In this document: positions 28,614-38,440 of the stretch, piece by piece
Numbering within the stretch: position 1 is the first letter of the stretch
Layout: each line of letters opens with the position of its first letter
Notes under the pieces: generated by a model
Seen by the model: the letters and a program-made list of their open reading frames with translations, nothing else
What the model was told of the DNA's origin: nothing
The model's database searches: none
Origin: Ruminococcaceae bacterium UBA1741
GTDB taxonomy: Bacteria; Bacillota; Clostridia; Oscillospirales; Acutalibacteraceae
Length of the DNA: 64,000 bases
Direction: 5' to 3'
Assembly: GCA_002315685.1 (NCBI GenBank)
Contig: DCHX01000029.1
Coordinates: forward strand, 16,701 to 80,700
Made by a program: the position numbers and the translations under genes

Positions 28614-31120
28614 TATCCCTTCGCCTCTAACCAGTTTTTGCCTATATGCGCATCAACCGACAATTTAACCTTCATAGAAACGGCATTTTCCATTTCTTCA
28701 ACAAGAATTTGTTTAGCAAATTCTGCGTTACAGGCAGGACATTCAACAATAAGCTCATCGTGTACTTGCAAAATAAGATTTGCGCTCGGCAATTCTTTTT
28801 CAAGTCTTTTAGACACATTTATCATTGCAAGTTTAATAATGTCGGCGGCAGTACCCTGAATAGGAGCATTTCTTGCAACCCTTTCGCCGAACGACCTCAT
28901 CATACCGTTTGAAGACGAAAGCTCGGGCAAGTATCTTCTTCTGCCGAAATAGGTAGTAACAAAACCGTCTTTCTTTGCGTTTTCGATAACATTTTTCATA
29001 TAAGCGTCAACACCCTTATATGTCGCAAGATAATTTTTAATATATCTGTCCGCTTCGTTACGGGAAACACCGATGTCTTTACCGAGCGAAAAAGCGCCAA
29101 TGCCGTAAACAATACCGAAATTGACCGCTTTTGCACGGCTTCTCATTACGGGCAGTACCATATCAATGGGAATATCAAAAACCTCACTTGCCGTAACGGT
29201 ATGAATATCAACATTTGAGTTAAATGCGTCTATCATTGTTTGGTCATCGGCAATACTTGCAAGAACTCTAAGCTCGATTTGCGAGTAGTCGGCATCAACC
29301 AAAACAAAGTTTTCCTTTGCGACAAAAAATTCACGGAGCTTTTTGCCCTCCTCGGTACGAACGGGAATGTTTTGAAGATTAGGTTCAAGAGAGCTTATTC
29401 TTCCCGTACGAGCCTCGGTTTGATTAAAGGTTGTGTGTATTCTTCCGTCGTTTGATACGGCGGACAATAAACCGTCGCAGTAGGTTGATTTAAGCTTTGC
29501 AAGCTGACGGTAGGTTAAAACCAAATCAACAATGGGATAATCGTATCTAAGCTCCTCTAAAACATCGGCGCTTGTGCTGTAACCGCTTTTGGTTTTCTTT
29601 TTTGTCGGTATTAAAAGCTTTTCAAATAAAATCTCGCCTAACTGTTTAGGAGAATTAAGATTAAACGGAACACCGGCGATTTTTATAACCTCCGCCTTAA
29701 TTTCCTCAGTTCGTTTTTCTAAATCCTCGCCCTCCGATTTAAGTCCGTTTATGTCAACCAAAAAACCGACATCTTCCATATTTGACAAAACTCTTGCAAG
29801 GGGCAGTTCTATGTTATTAAGTAAATCCAACTGTCCGCTTTTTTTAAGCTCGTTTGTTAAAATATCGCAAAGATTTGAAAAACGGGCAACATTCACCAAA
29901 AATTCATTTTCACACTCAAAAACAAAGTTATTACCGCTGTATTCGGCACAAAGTCGGCTTATAGAATAATCCTTTGCGGAGGGGTTACAAAGATAACCCG
30001 CAAGCTTTAAGTCAAATGTAATATTATCGGCATTAAAATTCTTTAATAGTTTTTTAAGGTCGTAAACCCGCTTTTTTGTGTTGCTTTTAAGCAAGGATGT
30101 AGCTTCTTGCTTTGTAAGAGAAAAAACATTACCGTCACAAACCGCACCGAAGTTATCTTCCTCAAAGTATATATCAACCGAAGAATTTTCGCTGTATATA
30201 GGGGTGCTCGATACGGTATAAACCTTTTTTTCGGCGTTATCGGATTCAACTTCGCCGACAGGGGAAATACCCATCTTCTCCATAAACTTAAAAAATTCAA
30301 GTCTTGTCATAAGCTTGGCAAGTTCGTTTGTGTTTTGCTTTTTTGATTTGTAATTGTCAAAATTATTATCAATGGGCGCTTTTTTACTGATAGTACCGAG
30401 GAAATGACTTAAATATGCGCTGTCTTTTCCCGAAATAAGCTTTTGCCTCACGCTCTCTTTTATATCAAGGGCATCAATATTTTCGTAAATGTAATCAATA
30501 GTATGATAACTCTTTATTAGGTCGGTTGCGATTTTTTCGCCAACACCCTGTACACCCGGAATATTATCCGATTTATCTCCCATAAGCGCTTTAAGCTCTA
30601 TCATTTCATTGGGAGTAAGACCGTACTTTTCAAAAAGCGCATCCTTTGTATAGTTTATTATTTCGTAATTTGTGGTAAGTAAAACCTTTGTTTTATCCGA
30701 AATAAGTTGAAGTGAGTCCCGGTCGCCCGTAGCTATAACACATTCGTTACCGCTTTCTTCGGCAAGATAGGCGAGAGTGCCCAAAATATCATCCGCCTCA
30801 TAGCCCTCACATTCAATAACATTATATCCCGAAAGGGTAAGCCATTCTTTAAGAATAGGAAATTGACAGGCAAGCTCTTCGGGCATTTGCTTTCTTCCGG
30901 CTTTATATTCGGCATATTTCTTATGGCGGAATGTAGGAGTTTTAAGGTCAAAGGCAACAGCAACACCGTCGGGTTTTTCAAGCTCCGATAATCTACCGAA
31001 AATGTTGATAAATCCGTAAACCGCATTCGTATATGTGCCGTCCTTTGTAGATAACAGCTTATTAATACCGTAAAAGGCACGGTTGATTATACTGTTTCCG
31101 TCAATAGCCAAAAGCTTCAA
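28613..31120 (-). CDS. polA: DNA polymerase I
   Basis: 5'-nuclease N-terminus (LLAIDGNSIINRAFYG) and polymerase motifs DYSQIELR and QVHDEL. Confidence 0.97.
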   Translation of the reverse strand: MKLLAIDGNSIINRAFYGINKLLSTKDGTYTNAVYGFINIFGRLSELEKPDGVAVAFDLKTPTFRHKKYAEYKAGRKQMPEELACQFPILKEWLTLSGYNVIECEGYEADDILGTLAYLAEESGNECVIATGDRDSLQLISDKTKVLLTTNYEIINYTKDALFEKYGLTPNEMIELKALMGDKSDNIPGVQGVGEKIATDLIKSYHTIDYIYENIDALDIKESVRQKLISGKDSAYLSHFLGTISKKAPIDNNFDNYKSKKQNTNELAKLMTRLEFFKFMEKMGISPVGEVESDNAEKKVYTVSSTPIYSENSSVDIYFEEDNFGAVCDGNVFSLTKQEATSLLKSNTKKRVYDLKKLLKNFNADNITFDLKLAGYLCNPSAKDYSISRLCAEYSGNNFVFECENEFLVNVARFSNLCDILTNELKKSGQLDLLNNIELPLARVLSNMEDVGFLVDINGLKSEGEDLEKRTEEIKAEVIKIAGVPFNLNSPKQLGEILFEKLLIPTKKKTKSGYSTSADVLEELRYDYPIVDLVLTYRQLAKLKSTYCDGLLSAVSNDGRIHTTFNQTEARTGRISSLEPNLQNIPVRTEEGKKLREFFVAKENFVLVDADYSQIELRVLASIADDQTMIDAFNSNVDIHTVTASEVFDIPIDMVLPVMRSRAKAVNFGIVYGIGAFSLGKDIGVSRNEADRYIKNYLATYKGVDAYMKNVIENAKKDGFVTTYFGRRRYLPELSSSNGMMRSFGERVARNAPIQGTAADIIKLAMINVSKRLEKELPSANLILQVHDELIVECPACNAEFAKQILVEEMENAVSMKVKLSVDAHIGKNWLEAKG

Positions 31121-31155
31121 GCAATTTCCTCCTTCGCAAAACTAATATTTGCATA

Positions 31156-31185
31156 ATTATATATATAATAACACTAATTATTCAA
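31156..31185 (-). promoter_or_regulatory. Candidate promoter for polA
   Basis: On the minus strand: TTGAAT (31185-31180), 18-nt spacer, TATAAT (31161-31156). Confidence 0.4.
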
Positions 31186-31217
31186 TTTGTCTATAAATTT
31201 TTTATTTCCTTAATTAG

Positions 31218-31246
31218 TTGACAAAAGCACGGGTAAGGTATATAAT
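31218..31246 (+). promoter_or_regulatory. Consensus sigma-70-type promoter for alaS
   Basis: TTGACA (31218-31223), 17-nt spacer, TATAAT (31241-31246). Confidence 0.75.
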
Positions 31247-31284
31247 TTATTCTGTAATTTTATGCGAATTAAGGATGTTGAACT

Positions 31285-33909
31285 ATGAAATGGACTTCTG
31301 TAAACGACCTAAGAGAGAAGTATTTGTCCTTCTTTGAATCAAAGGGACATTTAAGACTAAACAGCTTCTCTTTGGTGCCGAATAACGATAAATCACTGCT
31401 TCTTATCAATTCGGGAATGGCGCCTATGAAGAAGTATTTTACGGGCGAGGTTACTCCGCCGAGAAATAGGGTTACAACCTGTCAAAAGTGTATAAGAACT
31501 CCCGACATTGAAAGAGTGGGACATACCGCAAGACACGGTACTTATTTTGAAATGCTCGGTAATTTTTCATTCGGCGATTATTTCAAAACCGAGGCGATAA
31601 AATGGTCTTGGGAATTTTTAACCGAGGTTTTGGAAATACCGAAAGACCTTCTTTGGCCCTCGGTTTATGAAGAAGATGACGAGGCATATTCTTTGTGGCG
31701 TGATGTTATAGGTGTTGACGAATCCCATATTGTAAAGCTCGGCAAGGAGGATAACTTCTGGGAGCACGGCACCGGTCCTTGCGGTCCTTGCAGTGAAATT
31801 TACTTTGACCGTGGCGAAAAATACGGCTGTGGTTCGCCTGACTGTAAGCCGGGTTGCGACTGCGACAGATATATGGAAATTTGGAATAATGTTTTTTCGC
31901 AGTTTAATAATATGGGTGACGGAACATATACCGAGCTTGAAAAGAAAAATATTGATACGGGTATGGGACTTGAAAGACTCGCCTGTGTTATGCAAGATGT
32001 CGATAATATGTTTGAGGTTGACTCGGTTAGAAATATTTTAGACGAGGTTTGCAAAATTTCGGGTAAAACCTACGGAAACGATAAGAATAACGATGTTTCA
32101 ATTCGTGCCATTACCGACCATGCAAGAGCTTCAACATTTATGATAAGCGACGGTATTATTCCGTCTAACGAGGGTAGAGGATATGTTCTTCGCCGTTTGA
32201 TAAGACGCGCCGCAAGACACGGTAAATTGCTCGGCATTGACAGACCGTTCCTTACCGATATTTGTGAGGTTGCGATTAGGGAAAACTATCAGGGCTATCC
32301 CGAGTTGATTGAGAAAAAAGAGCTTATTATTAAGGTTATTTCCAACGAGGAGGCAAGCTTTAACAAGACTATTGACCAAGGTCTTAAATTGCTTGAAGGA
32401 CTTATGGAAAAGGGAAATGTTTTATCGGGCGAGGATGCTTTCCGCCTTTACGATACCTACGGTTTCCCCTTTGACCTTACAAAAGATATTTTAGCCGAAA
32501 ACGGAAAAACCGTTGATGAGGACGGCTTTAACTCTCTTATGAAAGAGCAAAGAGAGCTTGCAAGGTCTTCCCGAAAGGCTTCCGACAGCGAAAGCTGGTC
32601 GAGCAACGGTATTAACTTTGATAACATAGAGAAAACCGAATTTTTAGGTTATACCGATAATACCTGCGAGGCAGATGTGCTTGATATTGTTTTCGGCGGC
32701 GAACATATTTCTACCGCTAACGAGGGCGATAAGGCTATTATTGTTCTTGATAAAACCGTATTTTACGGCGAAGGCGGCGGACAAGTAGGCGACTCGGGTG
32801 TAATTTCGAGCGGCGAGTTTAAGTTTGAAGTTGTTGACACTAAAAAGACTACCGGCGGTGTTTTCTATCATATCGGTAATGTTTTATCGGGTAGCGTTTC
32901 TGTCGGCGATAAGGTAGTGGCAAGTATTGATGTCGGTATCCGTGATGCGATTAGAAGAAATCATACTGCGGCTCACTTGTTACAGTCGGCTTTGCGTAAG
33001 GTTTTGGGTAACCATGTAGAACAGGCGGGACAGCTTGTAAACGATAAGAGTGTTAGATTTGACTTTACTCATTTCTCGGCTCTTACAAGCGAGGAAATTG
33101 CAAGGGTTGAGGATTTAGTTAATAACGAAATTCTTTCGGCTTCAAATGTTGTAAGCAAGGAAATGCCGATAGAAGAAGCTAAGAAGTTAGGCGCCATGGC
33201 ACTTTTCGGCGAAAAATACGGAGATGTTGTACGGGTTGTAACGGCAGGCGATATGTCGGTTGAATTTTGCGGCGGTACTCATGTTGATAATGCCGGAAAA
33301 ATCGGCTTGTTCCATATAGTTTCCGAAAGCGGTATTGCGGCAGGTGTCAGAAGAATTGAGGCTTATACGGGCTTTAACACCCTTAATCTATTGAACTACT
33401 ATATTGACCTGTCAACAAAAACCGCTGCGGCTGTTAAATGCTCAAATGTAAACGAGCTTATTGAAAAAACTGCCGCACTAAACGAAAAGTTAAAGGCAAC
33501 CGAAAAAGAACTTGATAAGCTTAAAACAAAACTTGCATCCGGCAAAACCGATGATATTATGAACAATGCTGTTGATGTCGGTAGTCTGAAACTTGCTACC
33601 GCAAGGCTTGACGGTGTCGGCGCTGACGAAATGAGAAAAATGCTCGACGCAATAAGAGAAAAGAATCCAACATCGGTTGTTGTATTAGCGGGTGTAAACG
33701 ATTCTAAACTCGTATTTTGCGTAAACTGCGGTAAGGATGCCGTTAAATGCGGTGCCGTTGCCGGAAATATAGTAAAACAAGTAGCACAAATTGCCGGCGG
33801 TAACGGCGGCGGTAAGCCCGACTTCGCTATGGCAGGCGGTAAGGATTTATCAAAGGTTGACGAAGCACTCGGCAGTGCGAAAGATATTTTAAGTTCTATG
33901 TTAAAGTAA
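31285..33909 (+). CDS. alaS: Alanyl-tRNA synthetase
   Basis: 874 aa with the AlaRS catalytic N-terminus, editing-domain HTAAHLL and CGGTH, and a C-terminal DHHA1-like domain. Confidence 0.97.
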   Translation: MKWTSVNDLREKYLSFFESKGHLRLNSFSLVPNNDKSLLLINSGMAPMKKYFTGEVTPPRNRVTTCQKCIRTPDIERVGHTARHGTYFEMLGNFSFGDYFKTEAIKWSWEFLTEVLEIPKDLLWPSVYEEDDEAYSLWRDVIGVDESHIVKLGKEDNFWEHGTGPCGPCSEIYFDRGEKYGCGSPDCKPGCDCDRYMEIWNNVFSQFNNMGDGTYTELEKKNIDTGMGLERLACVMQDVDNMFEVDSVRNILDEVCKISGKTYGNDKNNDVSIRAITDHARASTFMISDGIIPSNEGRGYVLRRLIRRAARHGKLLGIDRPFLTDICEVAIRENYQGYPELIEKKELIIKVISNEEASFNKTIDQGLKLLEGLMEKGNVLSGEDAFRLYDTYGFPFDLTKDILAENGKTVDEDGFNSLMKEQRELARSSRKASDSESWSSNGINFDNIEKTEFLGYTDNTCEADVLDIVFGGEHISTANEGDKAIIVLDKTVFYGEGGGQVGDSGVISSGEFKFEVVDTKKTTGGVFYHIGNVLSGSVSVGDKVVASIDVGIRDAIRRNHTAAHLLQSALRKVLGNHVEQAGQLVNDKSVRFDFTHFSALTSEEIARVEDLVNNEILSASNVVSKEMPIEEAKKLGAMALFGEKYGDVVRVVTAGDMSVEFCGGTHVDNAGKIGLFHIVSESGIAAGVRRIEAYTGFNTLNLLNYYIDLSTKTAAAVKCSNVNELIEKTAALNEKLKATEKELDKLKTKLASGKTDDIMNNAVDVGSLKLATARLDGVGADEMRKMLDAIREKNPTSVVVLAGVNDSKLVFCVNCGKDAVKCGAVAGNIVKQVAQIAGGNGGGKPDFAMAGGKDLSKVDEALGSAKDILSSMLK

Positions 33910-33920
33910 GGTGAAATTTA

Positions 33921-34262
33921 GTGGAAGATTGTTTGTTTTGTAAAATAATAAAGGGCGAAATCCCATCTGCAAAGGTTTATGAGGATGAGTTTGTTTATGC
34001 TTTTTCGGATATAGCACCACAAGCGCCTTTTCATGCGGTTTTTGTACCGAAACTGCATATTTCTTCTCCTGCCGAAATAAACCGAGAGAACAGCAATTAT
34101 GTTGCTAAAATTTATGAAGCAATAGCAAAGGTTGCAAAAAGCGAAAATTTAGAAAAGGGCTTTCGTGTTGTAGCAAACTGCGGTGAGGACGGCGGTCAAA
34201 CCGTAGGACACTTGCATTTCCATTTATTGGCAAGAAGAAATTTACAATGGCCTCCGGGTTAA
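33921..34262 (+). CDS. HIT-family (histidine triad) nucleotide hydrolase
   Basis: CLFCKII N-terminus and the HLHFHLL triad. GTG start. Confidence 0.9.
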   Translation: MEDCLFCKIIKGEIPSAKVYEDEFVYAFSDIAPQAPFHAVFVPKLHISSPAEINRENSNYVAKIYEAIAKVAKSENLEKGFRVVANCGEDGGQTVGHLHFHLLARRNLQWPPG

Positions 34263-34303
34263 AATAAACTTTGTATGTATATGATATTTAAGGGGAAAAT
34301 GTT

Positions 34304-34843
34304 ATGTCAGAATTTTATACTATGAAAATCGCAGGTCTTGAAAGAAATTTAGAAAAGTTTCCCGTAAACGATAAGCTTGATATTGCCGCTTTTATTATTT
34401 TCGGCGATGTTGAACTTACTGTTGCGGGTTGTACCGAGCTTCTTAAAAAGGTACCTGAATTTGATGTTATCATAACGCCGGAGGCTAAGAGTATTCCTAT
34501 GGCTTACGAAATGTCAAGACAGTCGGGCAAGCCTTATGTTGTTGCCCGTAAGGGACTTAAAGTATATATGAAAAATCCTATTGATGTTTGTGTTGTTTCT
34601 ATTACAACACAGCACGAACAACACCTTTATTTAGGTGAATCCGAAATAGAGAAGATAAAGGGCAAGAGGGTGCTTATCGTTGATGATGTTATCAGTACGG
34701 GCGAATCTCTTGACTCCGTTAGAACATTAGTTAAGAAGGCGGGCGGTAAAGAAACTTGCGCTTGTGCATTTTTAGCTGAGGGCGATGCTGCCGAGCGCGA
34801 CGACATCGTTTTCCTTGAAAAATTACCGCTTTTCTTTAAGTAA
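34304..34843 (+). CDS. Type I phosphoribosyltransferase family protein (purine/adenine PRT-like)
   Basis: PRPP-binding motif VLIVDDVISTGES, 179 aa. Confidence 0.75.
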   Translation: MSEFYTMKIAGLERNLEKFPVNDKLDIAAFIIFGDVELTVAGCTELLKKVPEFDVIITPEAKSIPMAYEMSRQSGKPYVVARKGLKVYMKNPIDVCVVSITTQHEQHLYLGESEIEKIKGKRVLIVDDVISTGESLDSVRTLVKKAGGKETCACAFLAEGDAAERDDIVFLEKLPLFFK

Positions 34844-35694
34844 TGAATGGCGTTTCATCTAAGTTAAAGCTTTCTTTTTCGATGTTCGTTTTCGGAACTA
34901 TCGGAATATTTGTAAAATATATTTCCTTTCCGTCCTCTGTTATTTGTATGTTCAGAGGCTTTATCGGAGCATTCTTTTTACTTTTGATTTTTTTGATAAA
35001 AAAGCAAAAAATATCTTTTGGTGTAATTAAGAAAAATGCTCTTTTGTTGCTTATTTCGGGCGCATCGCTCGGATTTAACTGGGTGTTGTTGTTTGAAAGC
35101 TATAAATATACCTCGGTAGCCACGGCAACCCTTTGTTATTATATGGCGCCGATTATCGTTATTGCTTTTTCCCCTTTTTTGTTTAAGGAGAGAATAACAA
35201 CAAAAAAAGCCTTTTGCGTTGTGATGTCTTTGGCGGGTATGGTGCTTGTTACCGATATTTTTTCCCAAAGCCTTTTAAGCTCTCAAATAACGGGTGTCGC
35301 ATTAGGACTTTCTTCGGCTTTGATTTATGCACTGCTTATTGTTTGCAACAAAAAATTAGTAAGTATTTCTGTTTACGAACGGACTATAATACAACTGTTT
35401 GTTTGCGGAACGGTAATGCTTGTTTATTCTTTCTTTACAAAGGATATTTCGGGTATTATTCCGACTGTAAGGAGTATTTTGCTTATGGCTTTTGTGTGCA
35501 TTTTTCATACGGGGCTTACCTATTTGCTTTTCTTCGGCTCGATGGAAAAATTAAGTGCTCAAACAATAGCGGTTATAAGTTATATCGACCCTGCCGTTGC
35601 TGTGGTGGTATCGGCACTTGTGCTCAAAGAGAATATCACGATAGGCGGAATAATAGGAGCTGTACTTATTATAGGGTCGGCTGTTTTGTCTTAA
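34843..35694 (+). CDS. EamA/DMT-superfamily transporter
   Basis: About ten predicted TM helices in two EamA-like halves. The ATG overlaps the PRT stop (TAATG). Confidence 0.8.
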   Translation: MNGVSSKLKLSFSMFVFGTIGIFVKYISFPSSVICMFRGFIGAFFLLLIFLIKKQKISFGVIKKNALLLLISGASLGFNWVLLFESYKYTSVATATLCYYMAPIIVIAFSPFLFKERITTKKAFCVVMSLAGMVLVTDIFSQSLLSSQITGVALGLSSALIYALLIVCNKKLVSISVYERTIIQLFVCGTVMLVYSFFTKDISGIIPTVRSILLMAFVCIFHTGLTYLLFFGSMEKLSAQTIAVISYIDPAVAVVVSALVLKENITIGGIIGAVLIIGSAVLS

Positions 35695-35707
35695 AGGAGA
35701 TTTTTTA

Positions 35708-36391
35708 ATGTATTTATACGAAATGCATCAGCATTCGAGCGGATGCAGTCTTTGTGCCGTTACAAAACCTACCGAGGTGGTAAGGGCTATAAAAGAAAGC
35801 GGTTTTTCTGGCGTTGTTATTACAAACCATTTTTATCACGGAAATACCGCTATTTACAGGTCGCTTGAATGGGATAAATTCTGCGATGAATATAAAAAAG
35901 AGTATTTACTTGCAAAAGAAGAGGGCGACAAAGTAGGCGTTGATGTTTTATACGGTCTTGAAGAAGGCTTAGGCGACGGTAAGGAAGTATTGATTTACGG
36001 TATTTCTCCCGACCTAATCGGTAAATATCCCGAGCTTAGAGAGGTTAATCTTCCGCTACTCAGCAAGATTGTAAGGGAAAACGGCGGTGTTATTTTTCAG
36101 GCACATCCGTTTAGAGAAAGAAGTTACATTTCTAATGTAGATGTTATGTTGCCACCTGAATATTTAGACGGTTACGAAGGCTATAATATGGGTAATAAGA
36201 GCCAAGAAAACAAAAAAGCGGTAGCGTTGGCAAAGAAAAATAATTTACCTGTTATTGCGGGAAGCGATTGCCATACTTACTTAACTGAGGGTAGATTCGG
36301 TATCGCTTGTTCTCATAGAATAACTAACGAAAAAGAGTTGGCCGAAGTGTTAAAAAACGGCGATTACGAATTATGTTATAACGAAAATTAA
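35708..36391 (+). CDS. PHP-domain (polymerase/histidinol phosphatase-like) metal-dependent phosphoesterase
   Basis: EMHQHS N-terminal His motif, ITNH, QAHPF, GSDCH. Confidence 0.7.
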   Translation: MYLYEMHQHSSGCSLCAVTKPTEVVRAIKESGFSGVVITNHFYHGNTAIYRSLEWDKFCDEYKKEYLLAKEEGDKVGVDVLYGLEEGLGDGKEVLIYGISPDLIGKYPELREVNLPLLSKIVRENGGVIFQAHPFRERSYISNVDVMLPPEYLDGYEGYNMGNKSQENKKAVALAKKNNLPVIAGSDCHTYLTEGRFGIACSHRITNEKELAEVLKNGDYELCYNEN

Positions 36392-36448
36392 AAAGGTAAA
36401 AACAATTAGAATACCTAATGTTTAGGAGATGATTTTACGGTTACGAGT

Positions 36449-37315
36449 ATGACCGGCTTCGGTAGAGCAAAAAACAGCTTTGACGGTTTTGATTTGACTG
36501 TTGAGATTAAGTCTGTTAATCATAGATTTTTTGAATTTTCAAGTAGGGTGCCGAGGGCATATATGTTCCTTGACGAAAAGCTGAAAAGCTGTTGTCAAGC
36601 CCGTGTTTCAAGAGGTAAGGTTGAAATGTCCTTAATAATTGAGGACACAAGCGGAAATGCCCTTACTTTGCAGGTTAATAAAGACTATGCCGATGCCTAT
36701 ATTAAGGCGCTTAGAGAACTTGGAAAAGAATATCACTTAAAAGACGATTTGAAATTATCGTCCCTTGTTTCAAATACGGAAATTTTAATTCCGAGGCGCA
36801 ACGAAATCGACGAAGAAGTATTAACAAAAGCGGTTTTGAAAACTGCCAATGAGGCCATTGATAACTTTATCGGTATGCGAAGTGCCGAGGGCGAAAGATT
36901 GGTTAAGGATGTTATAAACAGGGCAAATTTAATACTCGAAAAGGTATCGTTTGTCGAAAGCCGTTCTCCCGAAACGGTAAATGAATATCGCCAAAGATTA
37001 GAGGATAAAATGCGTGAATTATTGGGCGATGTTCAAATTGATGAACAAAGACTGCTTACCGAAACTGCCGTTTTTGCCGATAAAATTGCCGTTGACGAAG
37101 AAACGGTAAGACTCAGAAGCCATATAAACGAACTTTCAAAGCTTTTTGAAACGGGCGGTGCTATCGGCAGAAAGCTTGACTTTATTGTTCAGGAAATGAA
37201 CAGAGAGGCTAATACAATAGGTTCTAAATGCTCTGATATTGAGATTGCCAAAACGGTTGTTGATATTAAGGCTCAAATAGAGAAAATAAGAGAGCAAATT
37301 CAAAATATCGAATAG
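36449..37315 (+). CDS. yicC: YicC/YloC-family endoribonuclease
   Basis: MTGFGRA N-terminus, SVNHRF, and C-terminal EMNREANTIGSK. Confidence 0.9.
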   Translation: MTGFGRAKNSFDGFDLTVEIKSVNHRFFEFSSRVPRAYMFLDEKLKSCCQARVSRGKVEMSLIIEDTSGNALTLQVNKDYADAYIKALRELGKEYHLKDDLKLSSLVSNTEILIPRRNEIDEEVLTKAVLKTANEAIDNFIGMRSAEGERLVKDVINRANLILEKVSFVESRSPETVNEYRQRLEDKMRELLGDVQIDEQRLLTETAVFADKIAVDEETVRLRSHINELSKLFETGGAIGRKLDFIVQEMNREANTIGSKCSDIEIAKTVVDIKAQIEKIREQIQNIE

Positions 37316-37330
37316 CGGAGATGAAGTAGT

Positions 37331-37600
37331 ATGAAGCTTGTTAATATCGGATTCGGTAATATGGTTTCGGCTAATAGAATGGTTGCGATAGTAAGTCCCG
37401 AATCTGCACCTATTAAGCGTATAATCCAAGATGCAAAGGAAAGAGGAACTTTGGTTGATGCAACCCACGGCAGAAGAACAAGAGCGGTTGTAATTACCGA
37501 CAGCGACCACATTATTTTGACATATTTGCAGTCTGAAACTCTTGCAAACCGTATTTTGGATGACGGAAGTTTTGAGGATGAGGAAGAAAACGATGAGTAA
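37331..37600 (+). CDS. remA: RemA/DUF370-family regulator
   Basis: [30 protein letters not shown] is the canonical RemA/YlzA sequence. It sits in the yicC-remA-gmk synteny. Confidence 0.9.
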   Translation: MKLVNIGFGNMVSANRMVAIVSPESAPIKRIIQDAKERGTLVDATHGRRTRAVVITDSDHIILTYLQSETLANRILDDGSFEDEEENDE

Positions 37601-38198
37601 AGGAAAACTTTTTGTAATTTCGGGACCGTCCGGCTCGGGTAAGGATACTGTATTAGGCGAGGTTTTCAAAAAATGCCCGTCACTTAAATTCTCAATTTCG
37701 GTTATTACCCGACCTATGAGAAGCAACGAAACGGCGGACGGAAAATATCACTTTATTACCCGTGAAGAGTTTGAAGATATGATAAAAAACGATATGCTTT
37801 TAGAGCATAATGTTTTTGTGGGCAACTACTACGGTACACCGAAAAAGCCTGTAATTCAGCAACTTGAAGCGGGATTTGATGTTATGGTTGAGGTTGATGT
37901 AAACGGCGCCGGTCAAATAAAAGAAAAAATGCCCGAGGCAGTTAGTATTTTTGTTTTACCGCCTTCTCTTGATGTGCTGAAAAATCGACTTTCTAACAGA
38001 GGCACCGAGACGCCTGAAAATTTGCAAAAGCGTCTTAACGCTTCGCTCGGAGAAATCAAATGTGCCGAAAATTACGACTATTTAGTTGTAAACGATGTTT
38101 TGGAGGATGCTGTTGACGGTGTGGTTTCTGTCATAAAAAGCGAAAAGCTTAAAACCGATAGGAATTTAGATTTAATAGACAGTATTATAAACGGTTAA
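37593..38198 (+). CDS. gmk: Guanylate kinase
   Basis: P-loop GPSGSGKDT. Start at the ATG at 37593 ([11 protein letters not shown]), overlapping the remA end by 8 nt. Confidence 0.93.
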   Translation: MSKGKLFVISGPSGSGKDTVLGEVFKKCPSLKFSISVITRPMRSNETADGKYHFITREEFEDMIKNDMLLEHNVFVGNYYGTPKKPVIQQLEAGFDVMVEVDVNGAGQIKEKMPEAVSIFVLPPSLDVLKNRLSNRGTETPENLQKRLNASLGEIKCAENYDYLVVNDVLEDAVDGVVSVIKSEKLKTDRNLDLIDSIING

Positions 38199-38226
38199 TA
38201 ATTTCATTTTTGAAAGGAAAATATTT

Positions 38227-38406
38227 ATGTTAAACGAAAATTTAGGAAAACTTATTGAAAATTACGACAATCGCTATCGTCTTGTTACCGATATTGCGAA
38301 ATGTGCCCGTAAGGTGTCTCAAAAGGCTGAGGATGACGGCGAAATCTTAATTGAAAAGCCGGTCAGCATCGCTATTAACAAATTAGCATCTGAAAAGAAT
38401 TTATAA
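38227..38406 (+). CDS. rpoZ: DNA-directed RNA polymerase subunit omega
   Basis: 59-codon ORF missing from the ORF track: MLNENLGKLIENYDNRYRLVTDIAKCARKVSQKAEDDGEILIEKPVSIAINKLASEKNL. Omega-like NRYRLV..AKCARK motif and the conserved position after gmk. Confidence 0.85.
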   Translation: MLNENLGKLIENYDNRYRLVTDIAKCARKVSQKAEDDGEILIEKPVSIAINKLASEKNL

Positions 38407-38440
38407 TCGGTATCAATTCTAAAAAAAGGGGGCTTATCTT

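Noticed and set aside
31121-31284. Possible T-box leader upstream of alaS
   Set aside because: The consensus promoter at 31218-31246 leaves a leader of only about 38 nt. No specifier-loop or T-box sequence is visible.
35214-35708. 164-aa plus-strand ORF, Cys/Tyr/Arg-rich, in an alternative frame of the EamA transporter gene
   Set aside because: It sits wholly within the EamA coding region in another frame. Its composition looks like frame-shifted translation of a hydrophobic protein gene rather than a real product.
37136-37726. 196-aa minus-strand ORF spanning the yicC 3' end, remA and the gmk 5' end
   Set aside because: It is antisense to three conserved genes in canonical synteny. It has no motif and no start-site signals.
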